A stretch of DNA of 64,000 bases from Cetorhinus maximus. Taxonomy: Eukaryota. Below the pieces are notes generated by a model. The model was not told the DNA's origin and searched no databases. It saw only the letters and a list, made by a program, of their open reading frames with translations. Of this stretch, positions 23,921-37,231 are shown piece after piece. The position numbers and the translations under genes are program-made. The DNA is taken from contig NC_135879.1 of assembly GCF_964194155.1 (NCBI RefSeq), positions 170,252,001 through 170,316,000 of the forward strand. The letters are read 5' to 3'. The number at the start of each line of letters is the position of its first letter. Within the stretch, counting starts at the first letter, position 1.

Positions 23921-24774
23921 AAAAGATTATAACACTGCAAGTTATAACTCCAGAGGAAAATCAAACTTAATTACTCTGAAATTTAGGAAACAAAATAACC
24001 ACTTTGCTAAAGTCTAAATCTAGAATTCAAAGTTTCCTAGCTTGTTCGGCTAAATCGTGAATGTTCCCTGTCTTGCCACATGACCTGCAAATCTATCCAA
24101 TAACATGGAGCCAAATCCAGAAGTACTTTAGGTGTGTCAGACAAGCTTTTTCTTGCAACAATAATTTGGATAAAAGTACATTTTTCCATTTCTCTACACA
24201 TAAAAGTGTTTTCAATTTAGAAATTTTAATAGAATGGTTGATAAATGTGGACAGATATTGATATCATGGAAAAAAAACTTCCTCGACAAATATGAAAATC
24301 TATCAATACCTCAACATGCCTTAACAAATTACATCTCTATAGATCTGGTTGTGCCAAATGGCCAGCTTCTGTGTTGTATCTTCTATTTAGACCTCCTCAT
24401 ATAAAGATTTCTAAGAGCACTTTGCCGGTCAGAGGAAACAATGGCTTCTAAGTAGAAAGATAAAAGAGAAATGGAAAATTGCGTGTACAAAAATATAGCC
24501 AAAAAGAAAACTTTTCAGGAATTTTTTGAAAGGAGCAAGCAAGGTAGCAGATGGAAGAATTTAGAGAAAGGAATCCAGAAGGCAGGGGTATACTGGCTGA
24601 AAGAATGAACATTGGACGATAGAGCAGAGGTGAAGGAGAAATCTAGCATCAGCAGAAATGGGGTGCAAGCAGGGACATGTTGCTGGGGAAGATCATAACA
24701 GTTGGATGTAGCAAAGAAGTGGAGAATTTTAAAATGTAGAAAAGGATTTTAAAACCAGTTCACTGAGACACAAA

Positions 24775-25842
24775 GGACAGGATTTTTGCTACTGAGGCAG
24801 GTAGATCAGGTTGGGAAATTTCCTGACTTCCCTTGGAAGAAAATGCCCATGAGTGTCATAATCTTTGATGCGTGGGGGAGGGTACATGATAGAGTTGGGC
24901 CTGTCGGCCCTGGAAGCATAGTGTTGGCAGCCAAATACTGAGGATGGCTGGTTAGAATACCTGCCTTGGTTCTCTGGATTTGTGTAATAAAATGTTAGAC
25001 CTTTTAGTTCTCATCCCTCACACCCTTCACCCCTCACACCCCACCCATGCCCAATGGCCCTTTATGCCCCCATGCCAACTCATACCAACTCATCCAGTAT
25101 CCGCCCTCTGCAGACATCAGCAGCCATGTGGAGATGAAATAAAATAAAATTCTAAAAATCTAATACAGCTCTCACTATACAGACTTGATAACAAAAACAA
25201 AAACACCAATTCACGGAAGCCCACTTAAAGCCTTTATTAATCTCAAGTGCTTAATTTCTTATAGAAACAAACAAACCTCTATTCGTACCCCACATTAAAA
25301 GCAGCTAATCCTTTAATAGTCTCTTTAACCTGTCAATCAAACTGTGAACTCAGAACTTTCCTGCAGAGATACCATTCTGGTAATAGCATTAATAAAGAAC
25401 CCATAGGGAAATGTCAACAAAAAACTATTGAAATATTGAAACTGCTAGATCAGAGGCTGCACCATCTGGCATGTCAGTCGAAGCAATACAGCTGAGTTTT
25501 TTAAACTCTCATTGATGCCTGCAACCTGGTCTTTTTTACATGTTTAAAAAGTTGGGGATTAAAAATACTTCAGAGCATGACATTAAACAGACCTTATAGC
25601 CCTTTAAGAGCATTTATGGAAATTCGTAACTCCAAAACTGTGGGTTAAGATCCTCACAACATGGAGTCTGTTTGAACTCAGCCCTGAGTTCGAATGGCCC
25701 CGCTGAGTTTGGTTTTCACTCATGAGTGAATCATGCTCTGCCCCCTTTCCTCTCCCAGCAAAATTGGATCTGTCGGAAATGGGGCAGGACTCCTCCATCC
25801 GGGTCCTGCCTGCCATTTTTGAAGGTCCGCAGAGATTTTCCC
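24775..25842. mobile_element. Family B non-autonomous element (opposite orientation to 7690-9195)
   Basis: Weak TIRs GGACAGGATTTT / GAGATTTTCCC; shared internal blocks. Confidence 0.55.
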
Positions 25843-26235
25843 AACAATGGAATCAAAGAGTGGATGGACTTTTCGTGGCATAACAACTTGATGCACCAAG
25901 AATCACAATAAAAAAAATTTTCAAAATAATTTGGACATTCACATCTATTAATTAATTACATAGTGAACTATTACTCCTACAACATCACTGTTAATTGAAC
26001 AAGTTTGATTTGTTTGCAAATGTAGGGTGTGTGGAAGGAAATCATTCAGCCCTTCTTACTTCCACTGTATTTAAGCCGGGCTTGGGTTGATTTTAAAATC
26101 CCACATTTCTGCTTTCTCCCATACCCCTTTATACTTTCCTTTATTCTTTATGCAATTTAATTAATCACAATTTGTGACAAGCATTCCACACTCCAGTAAC
26201 AATCAAATCGCTATTCCCTTTCTTGAACACCAAAA

Positions 26236-26815
26236 CAACATGCACTTATATAACATTTATATTAGTAGAGTAGAAAAACATGCCAAAGTATCTTACAGAG
26301 GCATAGTCAGCAAATGGAGCCAGGGCCAAAGAAGGAGGCAATGCTGGAGGAAGGCAATGAAGACTGAGGGTGGGTTAGCAAATAAGGTCCCAAGCATATG
26401 CCTAGCATTAAAGGCGCAGCAAAGACAGAGGGATGCGCAAAAGGCCAGATTCAGGGAAAAAGGAACTTTGGTGGATTGTAGGTTGGAAAAAATTACAGTT
26501 GTGGGGTGGGATGAAACCATTAAAGGATTGAAACACAAGGAATGAATGGATTAAATTACAGGTGAATTTGATACACTGGGGACCGAGTCACGAGGGCCTT
26601 GGTGCAAGAATGAAACACAAATAAAATTTACAGGGGATTGAGGATAAGATCTGGGCCAGGAGAGCAGAGGAGTGGCTGAGTCTGGATGTGGCTTAGGCAC
26701 TGGTGAGAGCTTCAAACGCAAATTGACATAATTAGGGGCAGAAGTGTTCAATATCACAGAGGTGGAAGTAGGTGGTTTGTGATGGAGGGGATAGGTTGTC
26801 AGAACTCAGGTTGTA
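26236..26815 (-). mobile_element. L2-like LINE 3' remnant
   Basis: aacaacatgcacttatata.. tail followed by purine-rich degenerate sequence; similar remnants at ~24400-24770, 44220-44840 and 47270-47410. Confidence 0.45.
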
Positions 26816-26987
26816 GTCACACTGCTAAGAAAGTTGACAGAGAAACTAGGGAATTATAGACCAGTTAGCATAATATCTGTGGTCAGGAAATTACTAGAAT
26901 AATTTACAGTAGGGTGACTGAACACCGTAAAAATTTTCAGCTGATCAAAGAGACCCAGCAGGGATTTGTAAAGGTAGTTTATGCCTG

Positions 26988-27313
26988 TGTTGGATCCTTG
27001 GTCACTAGGTTAGCTGGACTAATGGATTCGGGTTGCACGCTTGTTTCAGGATGACTGAATTGGTACCATGGACATAGCAGATCAGCAGACGGTTCTTATG
27101 TAGAACACATTCTATTTATTTACAGAGGAACTCAGCAGCTACACTTGTGTACTTACAACAAAAACCCTGCCTCTACATTACAGACTCTTACTCTAGACTA
27201 CTGACTACAGACTACTAAGGTAGCTTGCGCTACTTTGCTATTGGGTAATAAGATCATGTGATCTTCTATTATAACATTCTTCTTAAAGGTATATTACACA
27301 TCAGATTACTACA
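26988..27313 (-). repeat. 3' LTR of Gypsy 1 (326 bp)
   Basis: TGT..ACA termini; about 90% identical to 31486-31783 by manual alignment. Confidence 0.92.
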
Positions 27314-30300
27314 TCCCTCCCCCTTTACTCAGAAATATATTTTACAGTTACAATTATAATTTTTCTCAAAATATCAAATTATTTACACAGGTAAGGAATT
27401 TACAAATTCAGTCTTTCTGGGGGTTTCCTTATGTATGTAGAATATCTCAGCTCTATAGCTTCAGATGTTTTGTCAGGAACCTGCTTTTTTGGTGTTTTCG
27501 AACATCAGGTTCTTTAGTGGGCACCTGCAAATCCATTTTGTCAAATCTTGCAGGTACAGCCTATCCTTCAAAGACATCTGTATCAGCTGAGTTCTTTCAA
27601 CAGGAGATATTGACGCAGTCGTGAACACTGGAGGAATGATTTCCTAATACTTTGTTTCTCTCCTCCTTATCTGATCTATATGTCTCTGTATGATTCGGTC
27701 TTCTACATTCACGTGGTAAGAAAGAGGTCCAGTAACTGCGCTTATTTCACCTAATAATCACTTAAGTCTTTCACCAAAATTGTTCACATATACCAACTCT
27801 CCCACGGTAAACTTTCTGTCATGACTATGCCAATCATGTACAATTTTCTGACTTCCCTGACTCCTTTCCACCTTCCCCCCTAAGTTTGGCATTACTAAGC
27901 TCAATCTCATTCTGAGACGGCGATTCATCAACAATTCCGTAGGTGTGACACCTGTTGTCGTGGGAGGGGTGTTTCTATAATGGAAAAGAAAATGTGCTAA
28001 CTTGGTCATTATGGAGTCTCCAGTTAACTTCTTCATACCATTTTTGAATGTTTGAACTGCTTGCTCGGCCAGTCCATTCGAAGAATGGTGGTATGGTGAA
28101 GTTTTACATGAGTAATACCATTGAGGCTGATAAACTGTTGAAACTCAGCACTCGTAAATGTTGTGCCGTTGTCTGATATGACCACTTCTGATAGTCTGTT
28201 GATGGTGAAACTTTGTCGTAGCTTGTCAATTGGAGCAGATGTTGGTGACTTTACTTCATATATGTCCATCCATTTTGAGTGAGCATCAACAATAAAGGGA
28301 AACATTGTTCCCATAAAAGAACCCTCATAGTCAATATGCAATTGCACCCATGGCCTTTATGGCCACTCCCACAGGTGTAACAGAGCTCTTGGAGGTCACT
28401 TCTGCACTTGCTGACACTGCATACAACTTTTCACTAAGCTCTCTATTTCTCCATCCATTCCAGGCCACCATAGGTAGCTGCGTACCATGGTCTTCATTTG
28501 GGAAATACCTGGATGTGCACTATGTAATTCAGTTAACAATGGCTTTCGTCCTTTTGGGGGAACAATCACTCTAGCTCCCCACAATAAGATACCATCCTGG
28601 CTGGTTATTTCATACCTTCTGTGAAAATACGGTTTCATTTTGTCAGATTGCTGTTCTTGTGACCAACTGTGAAGAACTTGTACTCATACTTTGGATAAGA
28701 CTGGGTCTTGACTTGTCCAATCTCTGATCTGTCTAGCACAAACCGGTGATGAATCTAAGAAGTTCAATAATAAAATGAGTTCTTGAGGAACTGGAACATC
28801 GTCATCATTTTCTTCCAAAGGCAAACAACTAATTGCAATCTGATTTCCAGGCCTGTGGATGGAAGTATACTCTTACGCTGCCAGAATCAATGCTCATGTC
28901 TGTATTCTTGCTGAGGCTGTGGGTGGTTTAGCCTTGTCCTCGGTTAACAATCCTATCAAAGGCTTGTGCTCTGAAACAATAGTAAAATGATGACTGTGTA
29001 CATACTAGTGAAATTTCTTGACACCAAAGGATGATTGCCAAGCTAAGCCTTCTTTTTCTATCCGTGAGTATCCCTTTCCGCTGTCTGGAGCATTCATACA
29101 TATCCAATAGGCTGTTCTGAGCCATCGTTCATTCGATGAGAGAGCACTGCTCTCACTCCATGAGGAGATGTGTCACATGTCAGAACTAACTCTTTTCTTT
29201 GGTCAAAGTGTACTAATATGGTGGATAAATACAACAGCTGTTTCACTTTTGTGAAAGCTTCTTTCTGTGGTGCTTGCCAAGACCAACGTTGGTTTTTCTT
29301 GAGTAGGTAATACAGTGGTGCCAGTTCTGTCGACAAATTAGGCAAAAAGCGTCCATAGTAATTGATCATTCCCAAGAATGATTTGAGTTCGGGGGTGATT
29401 CTTGGTGCTGGTGCCTCTCTAGTGGCTCTCACTTTTTCTTCAGCTGGGTGGGGGCCCTGTGCATCTACCCTGTGATGTAAGTAGACTACCTCTTTCGCTT
29501 GGAACATACACTTTTCTTTTTTTGAACACACTGAAGTGAAAAACACTTCAAACCTTCTTCCAAGTTTGCCAAATATTCCTTTTCAGTGAGTTCTGTCACG
29601 AGAACATCATCTAAATAAACTATAACATGGGGCAATCCCTGCAGTAAACTTTCCATTGTTCTCTGGAATAATGCACAAGCTGAGGATACACCAAAAGGCA
29701 AATGGCTATATTGGTACAATCCTTTGCGTGTATTAATTGTGACAAACTTCTGGAAGACCTTCTCTAACTCCAATTGTTGATAAACATGGCTCATATCAAG
29801 CTTCGTGTAGGCGGTTCCACCTGCCAATTTAGCATACAAGTCTTCAATTTTGGTATAGGGTGTCTGTCCAAAATAGCCACTTTATTGACAGTCAATTTGT
29901 AGTCTCCATGAATTCGAACAGTTTGGTCAGTTAAGTACAGGCCTACTGGTGCTGCCCCTTCCGAGAACTGCACAGTTCTCCCAGTTTCTCTAATCTGTCC
30001 AATTCAGTGTCTACCTTTTCCCACATTGAATAAATTACTGGTCTTGCCTTCATAAATTGGGGGGTAGAGTCAGGAGTTTTTGCTTGTAGCCCTTGGATCT
30101 TCCCGAGTTCCTCTTGGAAAACTTGTAGTAGCTTAGGTAACCCAGTGGCTTTCAGTCAGAAGATCTCAGTCCTATCCAATTTAATTTCTTTCAGCTAGTT
30201 TCGTCCAAGGAGACTTGGCCCCTGTACCACCATCAAGGGTAATTTCACTGATTTGACTTCCATACTGTACAGTAACCCTGTTTTGATTTTTCAATTTGGC

Positions 30301-31485
30301 ATCTGTTTCTTCCAAATTTAATTTACATTCCCCATGATTCAGGTATTTAAACATATGCTCACCTATCACCGTAGAGGAAGCACCTGTATCTACCTCAATT
30401 CTGATAGGCCTATTATTCACCCTCACAGTTACATTGGTTCTTCCTACCTTTAAATTATACAATGAATCTGAATCTGTCACTTCAGGCTCTTCTATGTTAT
30501 GAATCTCAGGGTTTTTTTTCTTTTGATTGAAAGCCTACCTGATTCTATCCTTGCAATGTCTCATGAGGTGTCCATTTTGATGACAGTAAAAACATTTGAC
30601 TTATTCAAATTTCGATTCATTACAAGGTTGTCTGTTTCCACCTCTGTTATCATTATTCCATGTTTTCGCTGCAAAGTCATTTCTTTTTATTTGTCTGTAA
30701 GCTGTGGCTGCTTCCCACTTCTCATCGGAGCTGAACTTTTCTGCACCCTTTTTGGCTGGGGCTCCCCACCCAATGTGGAGGATGGAACCATTTTGCACTC
30801 CCTGTATGGCTTTCGAGTTCCTCACTGCACCTTCCGTGGCCAGTGCTATTTCCTGCACCTTCTGAAAATACAATTTTTTTTCAGACAGTAATCTCTTCTG
30901 AATCACACTTTCATTTCATACCACACACCAAACGATCTCTAAGCATTTCATTTATAAATATACCAAATTTGCAATATTCAGTTAACCACTTTAGACTTGC
31001 CACATAACAAACAACTGTCTCCCCTGGGGCTCTATTTCTTGAGTTAAATTTGAACAGTTGCATCGTTACCGAGGGCTTGGGCTGGTAATGGTTCTTCACA
31101 AGGTTCACTAAATATTCCAAATCAATATTTTGAATCGGGGCACTGGGTGCCATTAAACTTCAGATCAATCTATAAGTCTTACTCCCACACGTGGATAAGA
31201 GGATCGCGTGCCTTTTCTCCTCCCCCGCAAGGTCATTTAGCTTGGAAAAAGAATGCGAGGCGTTCAACATAATGAGACCAATCATCCACTGTTGGGTTGA
31301 AAGGATCAACTCTTCCAAACTGCGGCATGATTTGAGGGGTCTACTTCGATGATTAGGACGGAAATTCTACCTACAATTACCATGCGAGGTACGGCCCGAT
31401 TTCGGTTCACATGATTTCCTTCCTCGCTTATTTTTTTTTTCGTCCTTCCTTGTTTTTTCTTGCTTTTTTCACCTCGTTGCCAGTT

Positions 31486-31783
31486 TATTAGATCCTTGGT
31501 CACTAGTTTAGTTGGACTAATGGACCCGGGTTGCACGCTTGTTTTGGGATGGCCGAGTTGGTACCATAGGCATAGCAGATCAGCAGACGGCTCTTATGTA
31601 GAACACATTCTATTTACAAAGGAACTCAGCAGCTACATTTGTGTACTTACAGCTAAAACCTTGTCTCTACATTACAGGCTCTTACTCTAGACTACTCACT
31701 ACGGACTACTAAGGTAGCCCATGCTACTCTGCTATTGGGTAATAAGATCATGTGATCTTCTATTATAACATTCTTCTTAAACA
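31486..31783 (-). repeat. 5' LTR of Gypsy 1 (298 bp)
   Basis: Adjacent to the PBS; lacks 24 bp just inside the terminus and 4 bp internally relative to the other LTR. Confidence 0.92.
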
Positions 31784-33879
31784 GCCTGACAAATCATTGA
31801 CCTGGTTAGGAAATTGGCTGAGCAGAGGGAAACAGAGAATAGGGGTAATGTGCAGGTATTCTAAATGACAGGATGTAACTAGTGGTGACCTGCCAGGATC
31901 TGTGTTGGGGGTTCCACTATGCAGTAATAACTTAGATAATGAGATAGAAAGCCATATATCCAAACTTGCCAATGACACAGAGATAGGCGGCATTGTAGGA
32001 AGTGTAGATGGAAGCACAGACTTCTAAAGAGATATTGATAGATAAAGCAAATGAGCAAAACTGTGGCAAATGAATGTCAATATAGGCAAACCTGAAGTTA
32101 TCAACTTTCAACCTTGAAAGGATAGAATAAATGAAAAGCTAGAAACAGCGGTGGTCCGAAGAGACTTGGGAGTCCAGGTACATAGGTCATTAAAATGTCA
32201 TGAACATATTTCTGAAGGAGCTTCAGAAAATAATCAAAAAGGCTAATGGGGTGAATATTTAGATGTCTAGAATACAAGGGGGTAGACATTATGCTTCAGC
32301 TATACAAAACCCTGATTAGACCACACCTGGAACACTGTGAGCAGTCTGGGCACCACACCTTAGGAAGGATATATTGGCCTTGGAGGGAGTACAGCATTGA
32401 TTTACTAGAATTATATCTGGTTAAATTATGAGGAGATATTACACAAGATGGGGTTCCATTCCCTTGAATTTAGAAGGTTCAGGGGTGATTTGATCAAAGT
32501 TTTCAAGATATTAAAGGAACAGATGGGTAGATTGGGAGAAAGTACTTCTGCTTGGGAAGTCTAGGACAAGGGGACATAGTCTAAAAATTAGAGTCAGGAG
32601 TGAAATTAGAAAAACATTTCTTCCTGCAAAGGGTGGAACACTCTTCTGCAAAAAGCAAGTGATGCTCGATCAATTGTTAATTTTACAACTGAGATTGATA
32701 GGTTTTTGCCAGCCACAGGTATCAAGGTTTATGGGACCAAGGTAGGAGGTATATGGAGTTAGCTTGCAAATCGGTCATGATCTCTTGAATGGAAGAACAG
32801 AGTTAAATGGCCTACTCCTACATTGAATGGGACACCAAGGTTATAAACTGGCTTTTTTATTCATTCTGGGGATGTGGGCTTTGCTGGCTAGGCCAGCATT
32901 TATTGCCCATCCCTAATTGCACTTGAGAAAGTGGTGGTGGTGAAGATGGTGGTATTTGGTTCAGCCCAAGACACAGATGGGATGGGTGAGGTGAGGTGTG
33001 GTAAAATCAGTAGGAAGAGCACATAACTTGTGGTAGGAGCCAAAAACATGGCTCCATCCTTTCAATGTTTAGCTGGATAAATTGCAGTTCATCTAAGGCT
33101 GAGTGTCAATTAAGACAGGTGAACCAGGTAGTAGAGACGAAAAGCTGTAAGGTTTATCACTCTTTGGTCATTTGGCTCAGGTCCCATTTCTAATGAAATC
33201 TGAAAAATCATGGTTATTCCTTTGTCTACTTCCTTACTAATCTTCACATTTCTGGGGTGCATACCAATTCATCCTTGGCACATCAAATTTAGCATCTTCA
33301 GTTCTTTAAGAACAATATCCTCATAACTGCATGTATCAGTTGGCTGCCTTTTGACATCCTCTTCCACCAGCCTTTGAACACTTCCTTCACTCTCCTCTGC
33401 ATAAAGGAAAAGTATGCTCCGCCATTTACCTACTGTAATAATCTCACCACAACCTCTTTAATGGTTTTTCTTCTACTGAGTTACAACAGCATAATTAACA
33501 ATGCAGTAGTAATTGCTCCGTTTCAAAAATACTTCATTGGCTGAAGACTGCTTTGGGAATTTGTGAAAATTGCTATATAAATGTAAACCCTCAAAAACTT
33601 GCACTATCATTGTCTGCAGCTTTTCTCTACTGTAATCTCTCAATTACCTCTTTTTGCAGTGTTGCTTTAGTGATCCTCCTTTGAGTTTATGGATATCTAG
33701 CTAAGACTGCCAAACTGTTTCTTTGCTCTTTAAGCATCAATTTGCTAAATGTGCACCAGAGTTCCAAGGAGGGGAGGGGAGGGGAGACCAAACCCCCTCA
33801 TTTGTCCCATTGATTTATCTACGGTGTCAGGCAGCTCCTCACTTCCACTTCTCCCAGATGTCATTGTCCAGGTTAAAGA

Positions 33880-34186
33880 GCCTTCAGTTTATAAAAGACC
33901 AGGGAACTGACTGTGTGCCATCTTATTACTTGATCTTCTGAATTTTTGGTGTGGATATTGAAGCAGCAAATGACTCTCCTGAGAGGAGGCACGGATTGAC
34001 AGGCGGGCACAGATGGTCGGGGGCGGTGCTGCTGAGGCAGGCATAGGCATGCGGGACGTACTTTGACGCCGTGCGTCGGTGCGGACGGAGCAGGTACGGC
34101 GCGGGCGCAGAGCCTGTGCCTTGATTGATACAAACTTTGATCAAAAAATGTAACAAAGCAAGTTAGAGGGGACTCCGCGATCAAAC
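33880..34186 (+). promoter_or_regulatory. Putative promoter / 5' UTR of the CSPG4-family gene
   Basis: CpG-dense non-repeat patch at ~33985-34180, GC box GGGGCGG near 34020, TATAAAA at 33890-33896, directly upstream of ATG 34187 (AAACATGG Kozak). Confidence 0.6.
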
Positions 34187-34265
34187 ATGGGCTTCTTGGG
34201 GAAGTCAGGAAGCGTCCTGTTCTTCTTGGGGATATGTGTGTCTGCGGCTGGGCTTGCCTATGGAG
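34187..34265 (+). CDS. CSPG4: CSPG4-family exon 1 (signal peptide)
   Basis: MGFLGKSGSVLFFLGICVSAAGLAYG, then G|gtaagt phase-1 donor. It joins exon 2 in frame (G+CA=Ala) to give AYG-ASFFG, the mature N-terminus seen in NG2. Confidence 0.82.
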
Positions 34266-34836
34266 GTAAGTACTTACAGCTGCTATGTTGTAAAGTCACC
34301 CGGGCAGTACTTCTCAGGGAATAATGCAGGCTTGGTCCCAGAAAGCAAAGGCTTCCACCAAATGAATTCATGTCTGCTGTGGCACATTTTCCTCCCTACT
34401 TGCTAGCCTTAGAATTTGAGTTGTAGTTTCCATACTGTTGACAAATCCCTTGTCGTGACTGTTAACAGATCGACCCAGCATCATTACCTTAAAAGGATAT
34501 GGACAACACGGGGTTAAAATATTGACTTTTATATGGTATTTATCTGTGTTTAACTTAAAACTCTAGAAAACGTGAAGAGAAGTGCACAATATGATCATAA
34601 ATACATAGTCGTTTGCTTATATTGTTTTTTTTAAGTTCAGGTTAGTTTACTCAAAAAATGTGCAAGGATATTTTTAAACTGAGTTTTTATTGTAGTTGTG
34701 CATATGTGCACGTGTATATATATATATATATATATAGGTAGGATATAAGTTCTACTCCAGTAAATGAGCCACTAAACCCACTTGATAGACCTTCCAGCAC
34801 TTGTACAATAGCTGCAATTTCAACATCTGTCAGTCC

Positions 34837-35017
34837 TGTAGAATAAAGGCAAAGTACTGCAGATGCTGGAAATCTGAAACAAAAACAAAAATGCTGGAAA
34901 AACTCAGCAGGTCTGACAGTAAAGAAGGGTCATGCGGACTCGAAACGTTAATTCTGTCTTTCTCTCCACAGATGCTGTCAGACCTGCTGAGTTTTTCCAG
35001 CATTTTTTGTTTTTGTT
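34837..35017 (+). mobile_element. Penelope-type hairpin mini-element with 11-bp flanking direct repeat
   Basis: Inverted arms 34876-34919 and 34975-35019 (44-45 bp, one indel); flanked by TCTGTCAGTCC at 34826-34836 and 35018-35028. Confidence 0.65.
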
Positions 35018-35837
35018 TCTGTCAGTCCAGAGTTGTTTTCCACTGTGATTGCTATAATTTTTTTTACTGTTTCTTCATGGTATTGAGGATTCTATGGAGT
35101 TATGAAAGAACAAAATTCATTTTTTACTGCCTTATGGTGCATTTCATTATGGGCTATGTCTTCCAAATATACAAGATGACAAGTAACATCAGGATCCTTG
35201 TCAAATGGAATTTAGCATTCAGAATAACTTGCTGTCTTTCCAGTCTTCCACAGTACATTGTTGATTCTGATCCTGACATCCTCTCAGGTCTTGTCACTTG
35301 TCAAATCTATTGCAAAATTTGGAAATTCTTTAGATTTCATTGAAGGAGGTGCTTGACCCACTAACATGAGCTTACCTTTGAAAATGCAGAGTAGACATTT
35401 TCTACATCTTTGTGAGAGAAGATTTTGATAATGCGTTTCACATTTCTGGGTTTTTTGGGTCATATTTTCATATAAATGTTTTGGAGGGAGAAACTTGGCT
35501 TTTATGGATTGTTTTAATGCAAAATGCATTTGCACAAGTTTTGGGAGAAAAATGCAGTGAGACAGAAGTGATTAAAATGTTTTTGAACTCAGCTTTGAAA
35601 TTGTTTCCCTGAAGGCTAATCAATAAGCAATCCATTAGCCTGTCTAAGTAATTAACAAACCTCACACCTGTTGTGTCAGGAGGTCTTTCGTCCCAGGCAC
35701 TTGGTAGGGGCCATCTGGGATAGTTGCAAACACCGGGAGGTTTTAAAAAATAGTTGGGAACAAGTCAGGCAATCAGGTTTTTAAATAGAAAGCTGTGAGA
35801 CTAAACCCACCTGGGCTTAAAAGAAGAGTGCAGGAAA

Positions 35838-36325
35838 GAACATGCATTTATATAGCCCTTTCCACAATATCCAGATGGCCCCATGTCTATTACAATTAAT
35901 TAAGTACTTTTTGAAGTGTAATTATTGTTGTAGTGTCTGAATCACGGCACTCAGTTTGCACACAGTCAGGTTCTGCATACCTTTTCAAAAGCAATTAGGG
36001 ACAAACAATAAATGCTGGCCCAGTCAGCGACACCCACATCCCGTAAATGAATTTTTAAAAAACAATGTGATAATGACCAGGTAATCTGTTTTTGTGGGAT
36101 AAATATTTGCCAGTGCACTGAGGAGAATTCCCCTGCTTTTCTTTAGAATAGTGCCATGAGATCTTTTAAAGCAGATGGGACCTCGTTTTAACATCTTATA
36201 TGACACCTCTGATAATGCACTGAAGTGTCAGCCTGGAATTTGTGCTCAAGGCTCTGGAGAGCAACAGGGACCCACAGCCTTCTGACTCAGAGGCGAGAAT
36301 GCTGCCAACTGAGTAATGGCTGGCA
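35838..36325 (-). mobile_element. DeuSINE, near full length, with a family-2 LINE tail inserted at ~35980-36060
   Basis: Reverse complement of head (cttctgactcagaggcgagaatgctgccaactgag), core and tail. Confidence 0.7.
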
Positions 36326-37231
36326 CCATTTGAGAGTGAGGAGTTTATGGGTGAGGAATTCATTTACAGCAGTGTTATGGGTGCTCTGCAAGCCACTAAC
36401 TATGCAGTTGGCACGGCGTTCTCCATGGATACAGCACCCAGCTGTTTCCCTGATGTCCGCCCGAATATAGTGAATTGGCACTATCCTGATGTTGCCTACC
36501 CTAGCCGGCTGATGTGACGCTAGGATTCCAAATTTGAACAAAGCAGGTCCTGGCAATGTCTACATTTCCCACTCCTGAGAAAATAAATTTGAAGTAGGAA
36601 GCTGGGCCCTGCAGTGGCATTAGCTAAAGTGCCAGACATCTTGATTACAGGTAAATAAAATTTATCCAGCTTTCCCTGTTGGAAAGTGTCTGAAAGTTCC
36701 CTGGAGTATTTTTGCAGGTGTTTTAGTCCATTTGCCAGAGTGTGTTCGTCGTATCCTCACAGGGTTGGCAGAGGAGTAGGTGACCTGTCTGCAAAAGGGC
36801 TGCAACAGGTAGGAGGGTTGCAGTTGTTGTGCCTCTGGCTGTGCAAGGCAACAGGAAGATGGAGTGGTGGCTGCAAAGAGAGCAAGCTTCATGCCATTCC
36901 CCTTGCCATGTTGGAGCCGGACTCGTCCACGCTCCTGAACAGCGACAGGAGACTGACCGGCCAGTCAATGCATTCAGCCTTTCGGTCTACATACCCATGA
37001 GTGGCCTCCTGTATGTCACCTCATTGAGGTCCTCATGTGAGCTCTGCAGCAGCCTTTGTCTGCTACCTCACCCTTTGAGCTGGCAAACAAATCATCCTTT
37101 ACCCCCAGCATGGTTACAGGCTATTTGTTCCCAGTGACTCAACATGTGCTAATCCAAACTATACAAGCCTTCATGGTAAATGCAGTGGCATTGTCTGAGT
37201 GTCAGATCAAGTGACGGGGCATCTTCATTAC

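Larger units (their letters stand above)
26988..31783 (-). mobile_element. Ty3/Gypsy LTR retrotransposon 1 (Mag-like), full-length but decayed
   Basis: LTRs 26988-27313 and 31486-31783; TSD GCCTG (26983-26987, 31784-31788); PBS TGGCAACGAG (rc 31473-31482); PPT rc 27314-27325. Coding order on - strand: gag from ATG 31328, protease VDTGAS (30181-30480), RT YLDD (29486-29839), RNase H, integrase HHCC and core (28638-27758). Confidence 0.95.
26816..32825 (+). mobile_element. CR1 LINE split by Gypsy provirus 1
   Basis: GNYRPVS.. at 26850 and the CLTN motif split as atgcctg|acaaatc; RT and 3' UTR continue at 31789-32825. Confidence 0.85.

Noticed and set aside
34801-35343. 180-aa Cys/Phe-rich ORF
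   Set aside because: It spans the hairpin repeat and AT-rich intron, starts at TTG and shows no domain signal.
36655-37200. Possible RTE-type LINE 3' remnant (similar hint at ~4200-4470)
   Set aside because: Only a weak WEQIA-like motif; too decayed to classify without a search.
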